Below are positions 49,323-62,953 of a stretch of 64,000 nucleotides of DNA, piece after piece (the stretch's first letter is position 1; every line of letters starts with the position of its first letter). The stretch lies in the NCBI GenBank assembly GCA_963793865.1, contig CAWCBP010000014.1, forward strand, positions 224,001-288,000. Reading direction: 5' to 3'. The notes under the pieces are model-generated. The model saw nothing but the letters and a program-made list of their open reading frames with translations. It was not told the DNA's origin and did not search any database. The translations under genes and the position numbers were made by a program. This DNA comes from an uncultured delta proteobacterium (GTDB taxonomy: Bacteria; Desulfobacterota; WTBG01).

Positions 49323-50210
49323 GTGAAGATACTGGTTGCCGGATGCAACGGACACGTTGGCAGGGAAATTATAAGAAAGGCTGTTGAGCGGAAGATGCAG
49401 GTGCGGTGTTTTGACCTGGCACCGCCGATGATTGACGGTGTTGATACCGCCCTGCTGGAGGTGGTAACCGGGGATATAACCGATCTTGACACGGTGAAGA
49501 GGGCTACCCGGGATATTGCTGCGGTGATTGATGTCATCGGGATGAGGGGGGAGACCAAAACGCTGACGCATGAGATGGTTGAGCACGGCGGCATGAAGAA
49601 TCTCGTTCAGGCGGGCCGGGAGAATCACCTGCAGCATATTCTCTATACCAGCGTCATGGGGGTTGAACCGGATTCGCCGGCACGCACGCTTGCCGCGAAA
49701 TGGAATACCGAGCAGACCCTGATCCATTCAGGCATCCCCTACACCATATTCAGGCCGTCGGGATATTTCGTTGACTTTGCTGAATACTTTGCCCCGAAAA
49801 TAAGGGACACCGGCAGCTTTACCGTTGTCGGAAACGGCCTTACCCGCATCCAGCCCCTTGACCCTGCGGATGTGGCGGAGGCGTTTCTCCAGTCACTCGG
49901 CAATGAGAAGGCGATGAACAGAATTTTTAAGATAGCCGGTCCGGAAGTGTTTACCCTTGAGGAAGTGATCAGCCTGGTGAGCCGGATGGTGGGCAGACAG
50001 GTAAAAATAAAAAAAATACCCTTCCCGGTCATGAACGCCCTTTTTTCAATTATCGCGCTTCTCACCGGCAGGCGGGGCGGTAAAGACTTTCTCTACCGCA
50101 TGTCCAGGGACAGCGTATGCAGCGATCAGGACATGCAGGAAGTGCGCGGGGCGTTTGCCATAGAGTTCAAGCGGCTGGAGCCGTGGCTGAGGGAGCAATT
50201 GAGCCGCTAG
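49323..50210 (+). CDS. Atypical SDR NAD(P)H-binding oxidoreductase (NDUFA9/Ycf39/BciA-like)
   Basis: VAGCNGHVG, GDITD, AKWNTEQ…YTIFRPS, IAGPEVFT; GGAGG RBS. Confidence 0.8.
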   Translation: MKILVAGCNGHVGREIIRKAVERKMQVRCFDLAPPMIDGVDTALLEVVTGDITDLDTVKRATRDIAAVIDVIGMRGETKTLTHEMVEHGGMKNLVQAGRENHLQHILYTSVMGVEPDSPARTLAAKWNTEQTLIHSGIPYTIFRPSGYFVDFAEYFAPKIRDTGSFTVVGNGLTRIQPLDPADVAEAFLQSLGNEKAMNRIFKIAGPEVFTLEEVISLVSRMVGRQVKIKKIPFPVMNALFSIIALLTGRRGGKDFLYRMSRDSVCSDQDMQEVRGAFAIEFKRLEPWLREQLSR

Positions 50211-50243
50211 CGCCTCACGCAAAAACCATACAACGGTGTTTCC

Positions 50244-52872
<2,629 letters not shown>

Positions 52873-53112
52873 AAGTTGCGAGGCCGTCGAAGGATGCGAA
52901 TATGGAATAATGTAACGTGAGGGTGGGTCATTGTCGGTAGAGGACAGATCATGTATTTTTATATTTTTGATGCTTGCAAAAATATTTATAAACGGTACAA
53001 TCCTCATTTTGTCACTTATGTAAGGCCGGTGTATTCAATGCATGCATCAAGGTTTTCGGTCTCCGGAATTCGCGGCATAGCTGAATAATCTTCCATAACT
53101 CATAATAAGCCT

Positions 53113-54243
53113 ATGAATATGAAGAAATACGTGTTTCTTGCCATCGTGGGTCTTGTTATTATAGCCGGAGCCCTTACCGGAATCAAAGCGCTTCAGTTCA
53201 GCCGGATGGCTGACCAGGGAAAAAAGCCCCAGCCTGAAATCGTGACTACAGCCGTGGCGAATACGCAAGTATGGGAGTCCACACTTACCGCCGTAGGGTC
53301 GCTGGTTGCGGTGCAAGGGGTAATGATGGCCGCCGAAATGACCGGTAAGATGGTCAAGATTACATTTGAGCCGGGTTCAATGGTTAAGGCCGGGGACCTG
53401 CTGGTACAGCAGGACACGGCTGCCGAGGAGGCAGAGCTTCGCTCCGCTGAAGCCACCGTGGGGCTGACCAGGCTTACGTTCGAGCGAGCGCGCAGACTGC
53501 TTGCCGAAGGAACTTTTTCCCAGGCCGAATATGATAAAGCTGACGCTGAGTACAAACAGGCCCTTGCACAGATCGACAATATCCGGGCGGTTATTGCCAA
53601 GAAAACCATCCGGGCGCCGTTTGGCGGACTGCTTGGCATCCGTTTGGTCAATTTAGGCCAGATGTTGAGCCCCGCTGATGAGATCGTTTCGCTCCAGGCG
53701 CTCGATCCGATTTTTGCGAATTTTTCCCTTCCACAGCAGCAGTTCCCGCGCATCCGGCCGGGCCTTGCGGTACGGGTGGAAACGGATGCGCTCCCCGGTG
53801 AGATTATTAAGGGAAAAATCACCGCGATCAATCCCCAGGTGGAAACTGCCACGCGCAATATCATGGTGCAGGCAACAATTCCCAATGGTAATCAGCACCT
53901 CCGGCCCGGCATGTTCGTCAACGTGACCGTGTTGTTACCCGAACATGATACAACGCTGGTCATCCCGGCGACGGCGGTGCTTAATGCGCCTTACAGTGAC
54001 TCGGTGTTTATCGTTGAGAATGATGCAAGCGACAAGAAAAGTCCTCCGGGCACGGTTGTGCGCCAGCAGTTTGTGAAGCTCGGTGAGCGGCGCGGGGACT
54101 TCATTGCCGTCATTGCCGGGCTGAAGGAGGGCGAGACTGTGGTGAGCACCGGTGTGTTTAAGCTGCGCAACAGACAGGCCGTTTCTGTTGATAATACCCT
54201 GGCCCCGGCATTCAATCTTTCTCCCACACCGAAGGACACCTGA
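53113..54243 (+). CDS. RND efflux periplasmic adaptor
   Basis: IRAPFGG, LRPGMFV, GLKEGETVV. Confidence 0.9.
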   Translation: MNMKKYVFLAIVGLVIIAGALTGIKALQFSRMADQGKKPQPEIVTTAVANTQVWESTLTAVGSLVAVQGVMMAAEMTGKMVKITFEPGSMVKAGDLLVQQDTAAEEAELRSAEATVGLTRLTFERARRLLAEGTFSQAEYDKADAEYKQALAQIDNIRAVIAKKTIRAPFGGLLGIRLVNLGQMLSPADEIVSLQALDPIFANFSLPQQQFPRIRPGLAVRVETDALPGEIIKGKITAINPQVETATRNIMVQATIPNGNQHLRPGMFVNVTVLLPEHDTTLVIPATAVLNAPYSDSVFIVENDASDKKSPPGTVVRQQFVKLGERRGDFIAVIAGLKEGETVVSTGVFKLRNRQAVSVDNTLAPAFNLSPTPKDT

Positions 54244-54299
54244 TCAACAGCGTACCTTAACTGATGTGACGTGAGCGTCTGCACCAATATTGACTAAAT

Positions 54300-57200
54300 A
54301 TGAAATTTACCGATCTTTTTATCCGCCGGCCGGTTCTCGCACTGGTCATCAATCTCATCATCATCATTGCCGGATTACAGGCGATCCGCTCGGTCAACGT
54401 CCGCCAGTTTCCCCGCAGCGAGAACTCGTCTGTCACTGTCACACGGTGTATGTGGGCGCAAGTGCGGAACTGGTGCGCGGATTCATCACCACGCCGCTGG
54501 AACGTGCCATTGCCGCCGCCGACGGCATTGACTACATGCAGTCGAAGAGCGCCCAGGGCCTCTCGACCATCACCGTCAGGCTGAAGCTCAATTACGATTC
54601 CATCAAGGCCCTTTCGGAAATAAGCTCCAAGGTCGACCAGGTGCGCCAGGACCTGCCGCCGGAGGCCGAGGTGCCGGTCATCAACGTCGAATCCGCCGAA
54701 AGCCAGTTTGCCGCCGCCTATCTCAGCTTCCAGTCGGACATTCTTGAGCAGAATCAGATCACCGACTATCTCATCCGCATCGTGCAGCCGCGCATTTCCG
54801 CCGTCGAAGGCATACAGCGTGCCGACATTCTCGGCGCCCGGACCTTTGCCATGCGCATCTGGCTGAAGCCCGAGCGCATGGCCGCCTTCAATTCAGCCCA
54901 TCCCAGGTGCGCCAGGCGCTGGCCGCCAACAATTATCTCACCGCCGTGGGGCAGACCAAGGGTTCGCTCGTCCAGGTCAACCTGACCGCAAACTCCGACC
55001 TGCGCTCGGTTGAGGAGTTCAAGCGGCTGGTCATCCGGGAGCAGGACGGCACCATCGTGCGGCTTGAAGACATCGGCGAGATTGCCCTGGGGGCCGAGGA
55101 TTATGATACAGAAGTGCGCATATCAGGTCAGACCGCTGTCTTTATGGGGATTTTTCCGCTGCCCAACGCCAACACCATCGACGTGATCAAGCGCGTGCGC
55201 ACAGAGATGGAGCTGATCGAAAAAGAATCTGCCCGGCGGTCTGGAGGCGCGTTTTGCCTACGATGCCACCGACTACATCAATAATGCCATCAGCGAGGTC
55301 CTGAAGACGCTGATCGACACCCTGATCATCGTCATGGTGGTCATATTTCTGTTTCTCGGCTCGCTGCGATCGGTCTTTATTCCCGTTGTGGCCATACCCC
55401 TGTCGCTGGTCGGTGCGGTGTTTCTGATGCAGCTGTTCGGCTTTACCATCAATCTGCTGACCCTTCTGGCCATTGTGCTCTCGGTGGGACTGGTGGTTGA
55501 TGACGCCATCGTGGTGGTGGAAAACATCGAGCGACATCTGAGCGAGGGGCAGTCCCCGTGCAGGCTGCCCTGCTGGGCGCGCGCGAACTGGTCGGGCCCG
55601 ATAATCGCCATGACCATAACCCTGGCGGCCGTGTATGTCCCCATCGGTTTGCAGGGCGGCCTGACCGGCTCCCTCTTCCGGGAGTTTGCCTTTACCCTGT
55701 CGGGGGCGGTTGCGATCTCCGGGGTTGTGGCGCTGACCCTTTCGCCGATGATGTCGTCCAAAATGCTCAAGCCGGGGATTGAGGAGCACGGGCTGGCCGA
55801 AAAGAATCGCCGATGATTTCAAACGTTTCAGGATGTTCTACGGCCGCCTGCTTGACATCACCCTCAACGCGCGGCCGGCCGTCTACGCGGTGTGGATCGT
55901 TGTGGGCCTGCTCGCCATCCCCATGTTCAGGATGTCTCCGGCGGAACTGGCGCCACTGGAGGATCAGGGGGCGATTTTCAGCATCATTGATGCGCCGGCC
56001 AATTCCTCGCTCGAACTCACCAGCCATTTCAGCCGAGCGGCGGATCAGATATTTCAGAGCGTTCCGGAAAAGGACTTCACCTTTCGAAATCACCTTTCCC
56101 ACCTCCGGATTCGGCGGCATCATCACCAAGCCCTGGGATGAGCGCGAGCGCACACCCTTTGAAATTCTGCCCGAAATGCAGCGAAAACTGCGTGCCATCT
56201 CCGGCATACGGGTGTTGCTGATAGCCCCTCCCGCATTGCCGGGCGGGGGCGAGTTCCCGGTAGAGTTTGTCATCGCGTCAACAGCCGAGCTTGACGAGGT
56301 TCTCTCGTTTGCCGAGCAGATCAAGCTGAAGGCCATGCAGGAGGGGATATTTGCCTTTCCGCCGCTCCTCGATGTCAAGATCGATCAGCCGCAGTCAGAG
56401 ATCGTTATTGACCGGGACAAGGTGGCTGTCCTCGGGCTCAATCTCCAGCAGGTGGGCGCTGACCTCTCATCGATGCTCAGCGGCAATTATGTGAACCGCT
56501 TCAACATTGCCGGGCGCAGCTACAAGGTCATTCCGCAGATCAAGCGGGTGGGCCGGCTTAATCCCGACCAGCTGCAGAATATTTACATTACCGGGCCTGA
56601 CGGCCAACTGGTGCAGCTCAGCACGGTTGCCGAGATCCGCAACTCAACGGTTCCCCGTTCGCTGAACCGTTTTCAGCAGCTCAATGCGGTCAAAATCAGC
56701 GGCGTAGCCATGCGCCCCCTCAACGAGGCACTGCGCTTCCTGGAAGAGGAGGCCGCGAAGATTCTGCCTCAGGGCTATGTGCTGGATTACACGGGCGAGT
56801 CACGCCAGCTCCGGACCGAAGGGTACAAGTTCCTTCCCGCCTTCGGGCTTGCCATGGTGCTCATCTTTCTTGTGCTGTCGGCCCAGTTTAACAGCTTTCG
56901 GGATCCCCTGGTCATTCTGGCCGGTTCGGTGCCGCTGGCGCTCTTCGGTGCGCTCATCTTTATGTTCCTGAAGATGCCCAGCCCGGACATACCCTTCTTT
57001 ACCGACGGCTGGACCACGACACTTAATATCTATTCCCAGGTGGGGCTGGTGACCCTCATCGGTCTGGTTTCAAGAAACGGCATCCTCATCGTTGAGTTCG
57101 CCAACAAGCTGCAGGAGCAGGGTCGCACCAAACGGGATGCCGTGCACGAAGCGGCTCTGAGCCGGCTGCGCCCCATTCTGATGATCAGCGCGGCAACCAT

Positions 57201-57384
57201 CGCCGGCCACTTTCCCCTCACCCTGGTAACCGGCGCCGGCGCGGAAGCCCGTAACTCCATCGGCCTGGTGCTCGTTGGCGGCATGGCCGTCGGCACCCTC
57301 TTTACCCTCTTTGTCATCCCCTCCATCTACATGCTCATCGCCCGCGACCGCTCCAAGGATCGCTCTCAGGAAGCAACCATATAA
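54300..57384 (+). CDS. RND efflux permease (AcrB/MdtB family; frameshifted)
   Basis: MKFTDLFIRRPV, GLVVDDAIVVVENI, VALTLSPMM, NGILIVEFAN, RLRPILM. Confidence 0.9.
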
Positions 57385-57415
57385 ACTGGTTAAAACGAGG
57401 GTTTGAACTCGTTGC

Positions 57416-57448
57416 AAAAAAGCCTCCCGGCAATTCGACCGAGAGGCC
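57416..57448 (-). terminator. Terminator-like hairpin between convergent genes
   Basis: Minus strand GCCTCTCGG…CCGGGAGGC followed by TTTTTT. Confidence 0.55.
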
Positions 57449-57541
57449 AATATCCGCAAAATCCAAAGGAGCCTGCACTTTGAAATAGTGAGGCTCCTCA
57501 TTTTTTAATCCGCATTCCGCACTCCAAAATCCAAAATGGTT

Positions 57542-58333
57542 TTACTTAACCAGCCGCCGCTTCATTTTTGCGATGGCCAGGGGGAAGAAGATGATGCAGA
57601 AAATCAGCAGGAAGATTAAAGGCCAGAGCAGGCTTACATCGATGGATCCGAAGCAGAGGGATCTGGTTAGTGTCACCAGATGGGTGAGCGGTAAAATAGT
57701 AGAAATGATTTGAGCCCATTCCGGCAAATTATCCAGCGGGAAAAAGGTACCGCTGAAAAGAAACATGGGGGTGATGAACAGGAAGATGGGCAGGTTGAAG
57801 GTCTCAATGTTGGGTGTTATCCCGGTGAAAAACATGCCGACGGAGCCGAAGGCAATGCCCCCCAGAAATGCCAGGGGAAGAATGAAAAGTCCCTGGGGGT
57901 AGGAGATGAGCCCGAAAAAACTGATAATGACCATCATCAGCGCCGTCGAAAGCAGAGATTTTGTGGCACCCCAGACGATTTCCCCGGCGATAATCTCTTC
58001 CAGGAAAAGGGGGGTTGCCAGCATGGCGTCAAAGGTTTTCTGATGATACATCCTCACAAATGAGGCATAGGTATTCTCAAAAAAAGCATTGTACATTATG
58101 GTGACCGCTAACAGGGCGGGTGCGATAAAATTGATATAGGGCACGTTGTTTCCGCCATAGGGAATTTCTTCAATAAAGGCGCTCAGCCCATAACCAAAGG
58201 CAAGCAGGTAAAAGAGGGGTTCAAGCATCGGCGGGATGAAGCTTATCTTCCAGGTCTTCTGGTAGACAGTGAAGTTCCGCTGCCATACGCGGATAAAGCG
58301 CCTGGAAATGCGGGTGAATGATAGAGCGCTCAT
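57542..58333 (-). CDS. ABC-2 permease (NodJ-like)
   Basis: RVWQRN, EPLFYLLAFG, TFDAMLATP, PMFLFSGTFFP. Confidence 0.88.
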   Translation of the reverse strand: MSALSFTRISRRFIRVWQRNFTVYQKTWKISFIPPMLEPLFYLLAFGYGLSAFIEEIPYGGNNVPYINFIAPALLAVTIMYNAFFENTYASFVRMYHQKTFDAMLATPLFLEEIIAGEIVWGATKSLLSTALMMVIISFFGLISYPQGLFILPLAFLGGIAFGSVGMFFTGITPNIETFNLPIFLFITPMFLFSGTFFPLDNLPEWAQIISTILPLTHLVTLTRSLCFGSIDVSLLWPLIFLLIFCIIFFPLAIAKMKRRLVK

Positions 58334-59241
58334 TCTCTTAAATCTCTCCCGGTTAATTTCAAGAAAACATCTTCAAGGGTTGCCGGACGCAGGACACAGC
58401 CCTCATTACAGAATTGAGTGCTGATGGTGTGAAACAGGGCCTCGCTCTCTTCATCGTAAATGATCAGACGGTGTTCCAGGACTTCATAGGTTTGAAAGTG
58501 CGACTGGACATAGTCAGTCAATGCTTTGCCGGGATCTGCAACTTCGATTATGTTGCGACCCACATGCTTTTTGATCAGATCCAGGGGTTTCCCCTCGACG
58601 AGTATATGCCCGTGATCCACGATGATCAGTCTGTCGCACAGGCGCGCGGCTTCATCCATGTAATGGGTGGTGAGCAGGATGGAAAGCCCGCTTGCTTTAA
58701 GCCGCTCCAGCCGTTCCCATACCTGGTGCCGCGACTGGGGATCAAGGCCGGTGGTGGGCTCATCCAGAATGAGCAGCTCGGGATCATTGATAAGCGCCCG
58801 GGCAATGACCAGCCGCCTCATCATTCCCCCCGACAGTTCGGTAACCATGGCATCCCGGCGATGGTCGAGGGCGATAAACTTGAGCTGCTTCTCCGTCTTT
58901 TCAGCTGCCATTTTTTTTGGCATGTCAAAATAGCGGGAAAAGACCATCAGGTTTTGTTCTACCGTCAAATCGGGATCGAGGCTGTTCTCCTGCTGGCAGA
59001 CCCCTATGCGGGATTTGATCTCCCGCAGTGACCGGGTTATATCAAGGCCGAAAACCCTGAGGCTGCCGCCGGTCATGGGAGAAAAGCCGTAAATCATGCG
59101 AACCGTTGATGTTTTTCCCGCGCCGTTCGGTCCCAGAATGCCGAAGCACTCTCCGCGCGGGACGTTAAAGGAGATGTCATCAACGGCAATGATGCTGCCG
59201 AACTCCTTCCTTAAATTTTTTGCCTCAATGACGTAATCCAT
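58330..59241 (-). CDS. ABC ATP-binding protein (NodI-like)
   Basis: GPNGAGKT, LSGGMMRR, LDEPTTGLDPQSRH, LEDVFLKLTG. Confidence 0.92.
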   Translation of the reverse strand: MDYVIEAKNLRKEFGSIIAVDDISFNVPRGECFGILGPNGAGKTSTVRMIYGFSPMTGGSLRVFGLDITRSLREIKSRIGVCQQENSLDPDLTVEQNLMVFSRYFDMPKKMAAEKTEKQLKFIALDHRRDAMVTELSGGMMRRLVIARALINDPELLILDEPTTGLDPQSRHQVWERLERLKASGLSILLTTHYMDEAARLCDRLIIVDHGHILVEGKPLDLIKKHVGRNIIEVADPGKALTDYVQSHFQTYEVLEHRLIIYDEESEALFHTISTQFCNEGCVLRPATLEDVFLKLTGRDLRE

Positions 59242-59300
59242 GAGATAGTAGTAGTATTAAAATGCTCGATTAAGGATTGTTGGTTGCACCCGGTTGCCGC

Positions 59301-60729
59301 CTATTTGTTCTCCCACCCGCCCCCGAGCGCTTTATAAAGTGCCACCAGATCTGTGGAAAGGTTTCGGGTGCTCTGCACCAGGGCGTCCTCGGAATCAAAG
59401 AGCAGCCGCTGTGCTATGAGCACATTAAGAAAATCAGTCAGGCCTTCCGCATAGAGTTTGGTTGAAAGCTCAACTGCCCTGCGATTGGCCGTAACCGCAT
59501 CGACAAGTGCCGCCCGGCGCTCCTGCTCCTTGGCGTAGGCGATCAGGGCGTTTTCAACTTCCTGAAACGCGGTCAGGACGGTCTTTTCATAGGCGAGGAC
59601 CGTCTCTTCCTGCAGCCCCTTTTGCAATGCAATATTGGAGCGGATGCGGCCGGCATCGAAGACATTCCAGCTCACCGAGGGGGCGAAGGACCACACGTAA
59701 TTGGAGCGTTTCAGCCATTCGCCGCTTTCATCACCCTCAAAGCCTGCTGAGCCAACAAGGTTAAACTTCGGAAACAGGTCAGCGGTAGCCACCCCGATGC
59801 GGGCGGTGGCAGCTTGGATCTGTGCCTCGGCACGACGGATATCGGGCCGGCGGAGCAGCAAATCAGAGGGCAGCAGCATGGGGATGTCCGGCGGTGCCTC
59901 CGGGAAGAGAGGCGGGCGGGGACAGTTCCTCAAGCAGGGCGGAAGGCTCCAGCGCAAGCAGCACGCCGAGATTATAGATTGCCTGCTGCGCGGAGGTTTC
60001 GAACACGGGGATCTGGGAAGCGGTGGTTGCAACCTGGGCGGTGGCGTTGGCAACATCCAGAGCGCTTACCAGACCGACAGAAAAACGCTTGCGGGTAATC
60101 TCTGCGCTGTGCTGCTGTGCCGCCAGATTTTTTTGGGCTATGAGCACTTCCTGCTGAAATCCCCGAAGCTCAAGATAGTTGAGGGCCACTTCAGCCGCCA
60201 GGGTTACCAGGGTGTTGCGATAGTCCTCGATGGTAAACTGAATATCTGCATCCGCCGCTTCAATCTCACGCCGCACACCGCCAAAGATATCCAATTCCCA
60301 CGCGGCATCGAGGCCGGCAAGAAAAAGGTTGCTGGTGGTTGCGGATGTATCATCGAAAGCACTGCCGACAGAGCGCCGGCGGGTGAAGCTTGCCGTTGTA
60401 TCGGCAGCGGGCGCCAGGCCGGCGGCGACAATGCCGCGGGATGCCCGTGCCTGCCGGATACGCGACGCTGCCGCTTGCAGATCAAGGTTTGACGCGATTG
60501 CACGGTCAACCAGGGAAATCAGTGTTTCGTCGTCAAATGTCGTCCACCAGCGTACCAGCTCCGCCTGGTGTTCGGGTGTGAAGCTCATCTCCGAAGCCCT
60601 GCCAACCCAGCCGGAGGGGGGCTGCAGCTCCGGAGGCCGGTAATCGGGACCCACCGCGCACGCCGATGCCGTGAACAGGCACAGCCATGTCACTAATCGC
60701 CGAACACCACAATACCCCCGGCAGCACAT
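59301..60729 (-). CDS. Outer-membrane efflux lipoprotein (NodT/OprM/TolC family; frameshift near 59920)
   Basis: Lipobox ASA-CAVGPDY, WELDIFG, LPSDLLLRRPDIR, LYKALGGGW. Confidence 0.88.
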
Positions 60730-60766
60730 GATATAAATCTCCTTACGGTCTGGCGGCTTCAAATCA

Positions 60767-62149
60767 TCATTCATAGCGGAGGGCTTCAATCGGGTCAAGC
60801 CGCGATGCCTTCCATGCCGGATAAAAGCCGAAGATGATGCCCACGCTCGCGGAAACGACGACCGATACAAGAATTGCGGCCAGCGAGGTTTCTGTCGGCC
60901 AGCGCAGTATGAGCGTTACCAGGTAAGAGCCGGTGCAGCCAACCAGGATGCCGACGGCCCCGCCTGCCAGGCACAGGGCAATGGCTTCCACCAGAAACTG
61001 AATCAGGATGTCCCGTCCTCTTCCGCCCACGGCCATGCGCAGGCCGATTTCCCTGGTGCGTTCGGTCACCGACACCAGCATGATGTTCATAATGCCCACG
61101 CCCCCGACAACCAGAGAGATCAGGGCCACGCTTAGGAGCAGGTTTGTCATCAAAAGCGACGTGGAGGCGAGCGTCCTGGTCATTTCGGTCATGTCGCGTA
61201 TGTTGAAATCGTCGGGCTGGTTAGGGAGGATCCGGTGCCGCTGCCGGAGCAGCCGGGTGATCTGCTCTATGGCCAGGGGAATTTCAGCATCGGACGCTGC
61301 GGAAACGAGTATAGAATCAACATTGGTGAAGCGCACGGGCAGCGGTGTGTCGGCCGCCTGTATGGCGGAAGGCTCGGGGTAGAGGACGGGCTTATCATTA
61401 GGATACAGCTTGCTCAGGGTGTTCACCGCTGACGATGAGTCCGAAGCTGAAGCGGCGCTGCTCTGATTGACATCAGCCAGCGACGAGCCGGTTACTCGAT
61501 ACTTGATGGTGGTCCAGGGGGCCAGGATAATGTCATCCTGATCCCTGCCCATCATGTTGGCACCCTTGGCGCTGAGCACCCCCAGCACGCGGAAGGACAC
61601 GTTGTTGATGCGCACCTCTTTGCCCACGGGCGACTCGCCGCCGAAGAGCTCCCGCACCACCGTCTGGCCGAGCACGCATACCTTGCTGGCGTTGCGCACG
61701 TCAAGATCGCTGAACATCTCGCCCATGGCCAGCTGGGTCCAGCCCCGCACGTCGAGGTAGGCAGGGGTCGTGCCGCTGATCTGCATGGGGACCCAGTTCC
61801 GGTTGCCGTAGATTACCTGGGTGCGGGCCCGCACCTCCGGGGCGACAGTGCGCACGGAGGTGCATTCCCGCGCTATTGCTTCACAATCTTCCGGTGAAAG
61901 GGTCATTTCGCTGCCGGCGCCGAAGCTTACGCCGCCGCTTGCGGCGGTACCGGGGCGTACCATGAGATTGTTTGCGCCCATATTCAAAATGCTGCGCTGG
62001 ATGGCAGTCGCGGAACCCTTGCCGATTTCGATCATGACAATGACCGAGGCCACGCCGATGATAATGCCCAGGGTTGTAAGGGTTGCGCGCATGGGGTTGC
62101 GGGAGAGAGCCCGAAGAGCGGTGCGCATTGTCTTCTTATGGGTCTTCAT
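60767..62149 (-). CDS. MacB-family ABC permease
   Basis: LTTLGIIIGV, VGGVGIMNIMLVSVTERTREIG, PIEALRYE. Confidence 0.92.
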   Translation of the reverse strand: MKTHKKTMRTALRALSRNPMRATLTTLGIIIGVASVIVMIEIGKGSATAIQRSILNMGANNLMVRPGTAASGGVSFGAGSEMTLSPEDCEAIARECTSVRTVAPEVRARTQVIYGNRNWVPMQISGTTPAYLDVRGWTQLAMGEMFSDLDVRNASKVCVLGQTVVRELFGGESPVGKEVRINNVSFRVLGVLSAKGANMMGRDQDDIILAPWTTIKYRVTGSSLADVNQSSAASASDSSSAVNTLSKLYPNDKPVLYPEPSAIQAADTPLPVRFTNVDSILVSAASDAEIPLAIEQITRLLRQRHRILPNQPDDFNIRDMTEMTRTLASTSLLMTNLLLSVALISLVVGGVGIMNIMLVSVTERTREIGLRMAVGGRGRDILIQFLVEAIALCLAGGAVGILVGCTGSYLVTLILRWPTETSLAAILVSVVVSASVGIIFGFYPAWKASRLDPIEALRYE

Positions 62150-62164
62150 GTTACTGTGCCTCCC

Positions 62165-62896
62165 TTAGACCGGTGCGGTCATGATGCCAGCCGGATTCTG
62201 CATGCCCTGTGTCGGCTCACCGTCGGTAAGCACGCCGTCGCTTATGCCGATCACCCGCCCGGCATAACGGGCCACCTCCGGGTTATGCGTCACAATCAGT
62301 ATGGTAATGCCATCATCCCGGTTCAGCTCCTGGAAAAGGCGCATCATTTCCGCGCTGGTATGGGTGTCAAGATTTCCGGTCGGCTCGTCGGCCAGCAACA
62401 GGGAGGGCATGTTGATGAGTGCCCGCGCGATTGCCACCCGCTGCTGCTGTCCGCCTGACAGCTGGGATGGCTCGTGATGAAAACGGTCGGCCAGGCCGAC
62501 GCGTGTTAGCAGTGACACCGCTCTCTCCCGGGCTTCATGATCGGTGAGATCTTCAGAGGTGTAGCAGAGGGGAATCATCACGTTGTCCAGGGCGTTGGTG
62601 CGCGGCAGGAGGTTGAAATTCTGGAACACAAAGCCGATCTTGCGGTTTCTCAGGAAGGCCCGCTCATCGGCTGTCAGACCCGACACCTCCCTTCCTTCGA
62701 GAAAGTATTGTCCGGAGGTTGGATGGTCGAGACAGCCGAGAATATTCATGAGGGTGCTTTTCCCCGAGCCCGACGCGCCCATGAGCGCGACAAGCTCTCC
62801 CTGTTGGACTGATAGAGATATGCCCTTGAGTACCGGCACTTCCAGTTCCCCCAGGTGATAGCTTTTGTGGATATTCTGCAGTTCAATCAGGTCCAT
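62165..62896 (-). CDS. MacB/LolD-family ABC ATP-binding protein
   Basis: [32 protein letters not shown]. Confidence 0.94.
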   Translation of the reverse strand: MDLIELQNIHKSYHLGELEVPVLKGISLSVQQGELVALMGASGSGKSTLMNILGCLDHPTSGQYFLEGREVSGLTADERAFLRNRKIGFVFQNFNLLPRTNALDNVMIPLCYTSEDLTDHEARERAVSLLTRVGLADRFHHEPSQLSGGQQQRVAIARALINMPSLLLADEPTGNLDTHTSAEMMRLFQELNRDDGITILIVTHNPEVARYAGRVIGISDGVLTDGEPTQGMQNPAGIMTAPV

Positions 62897-62953
62897 GATG
62901 AGGGTTGCCCTCCGCCAATGATAGCTGCTGTTGCAGCATAGCATCGGCTGTTG

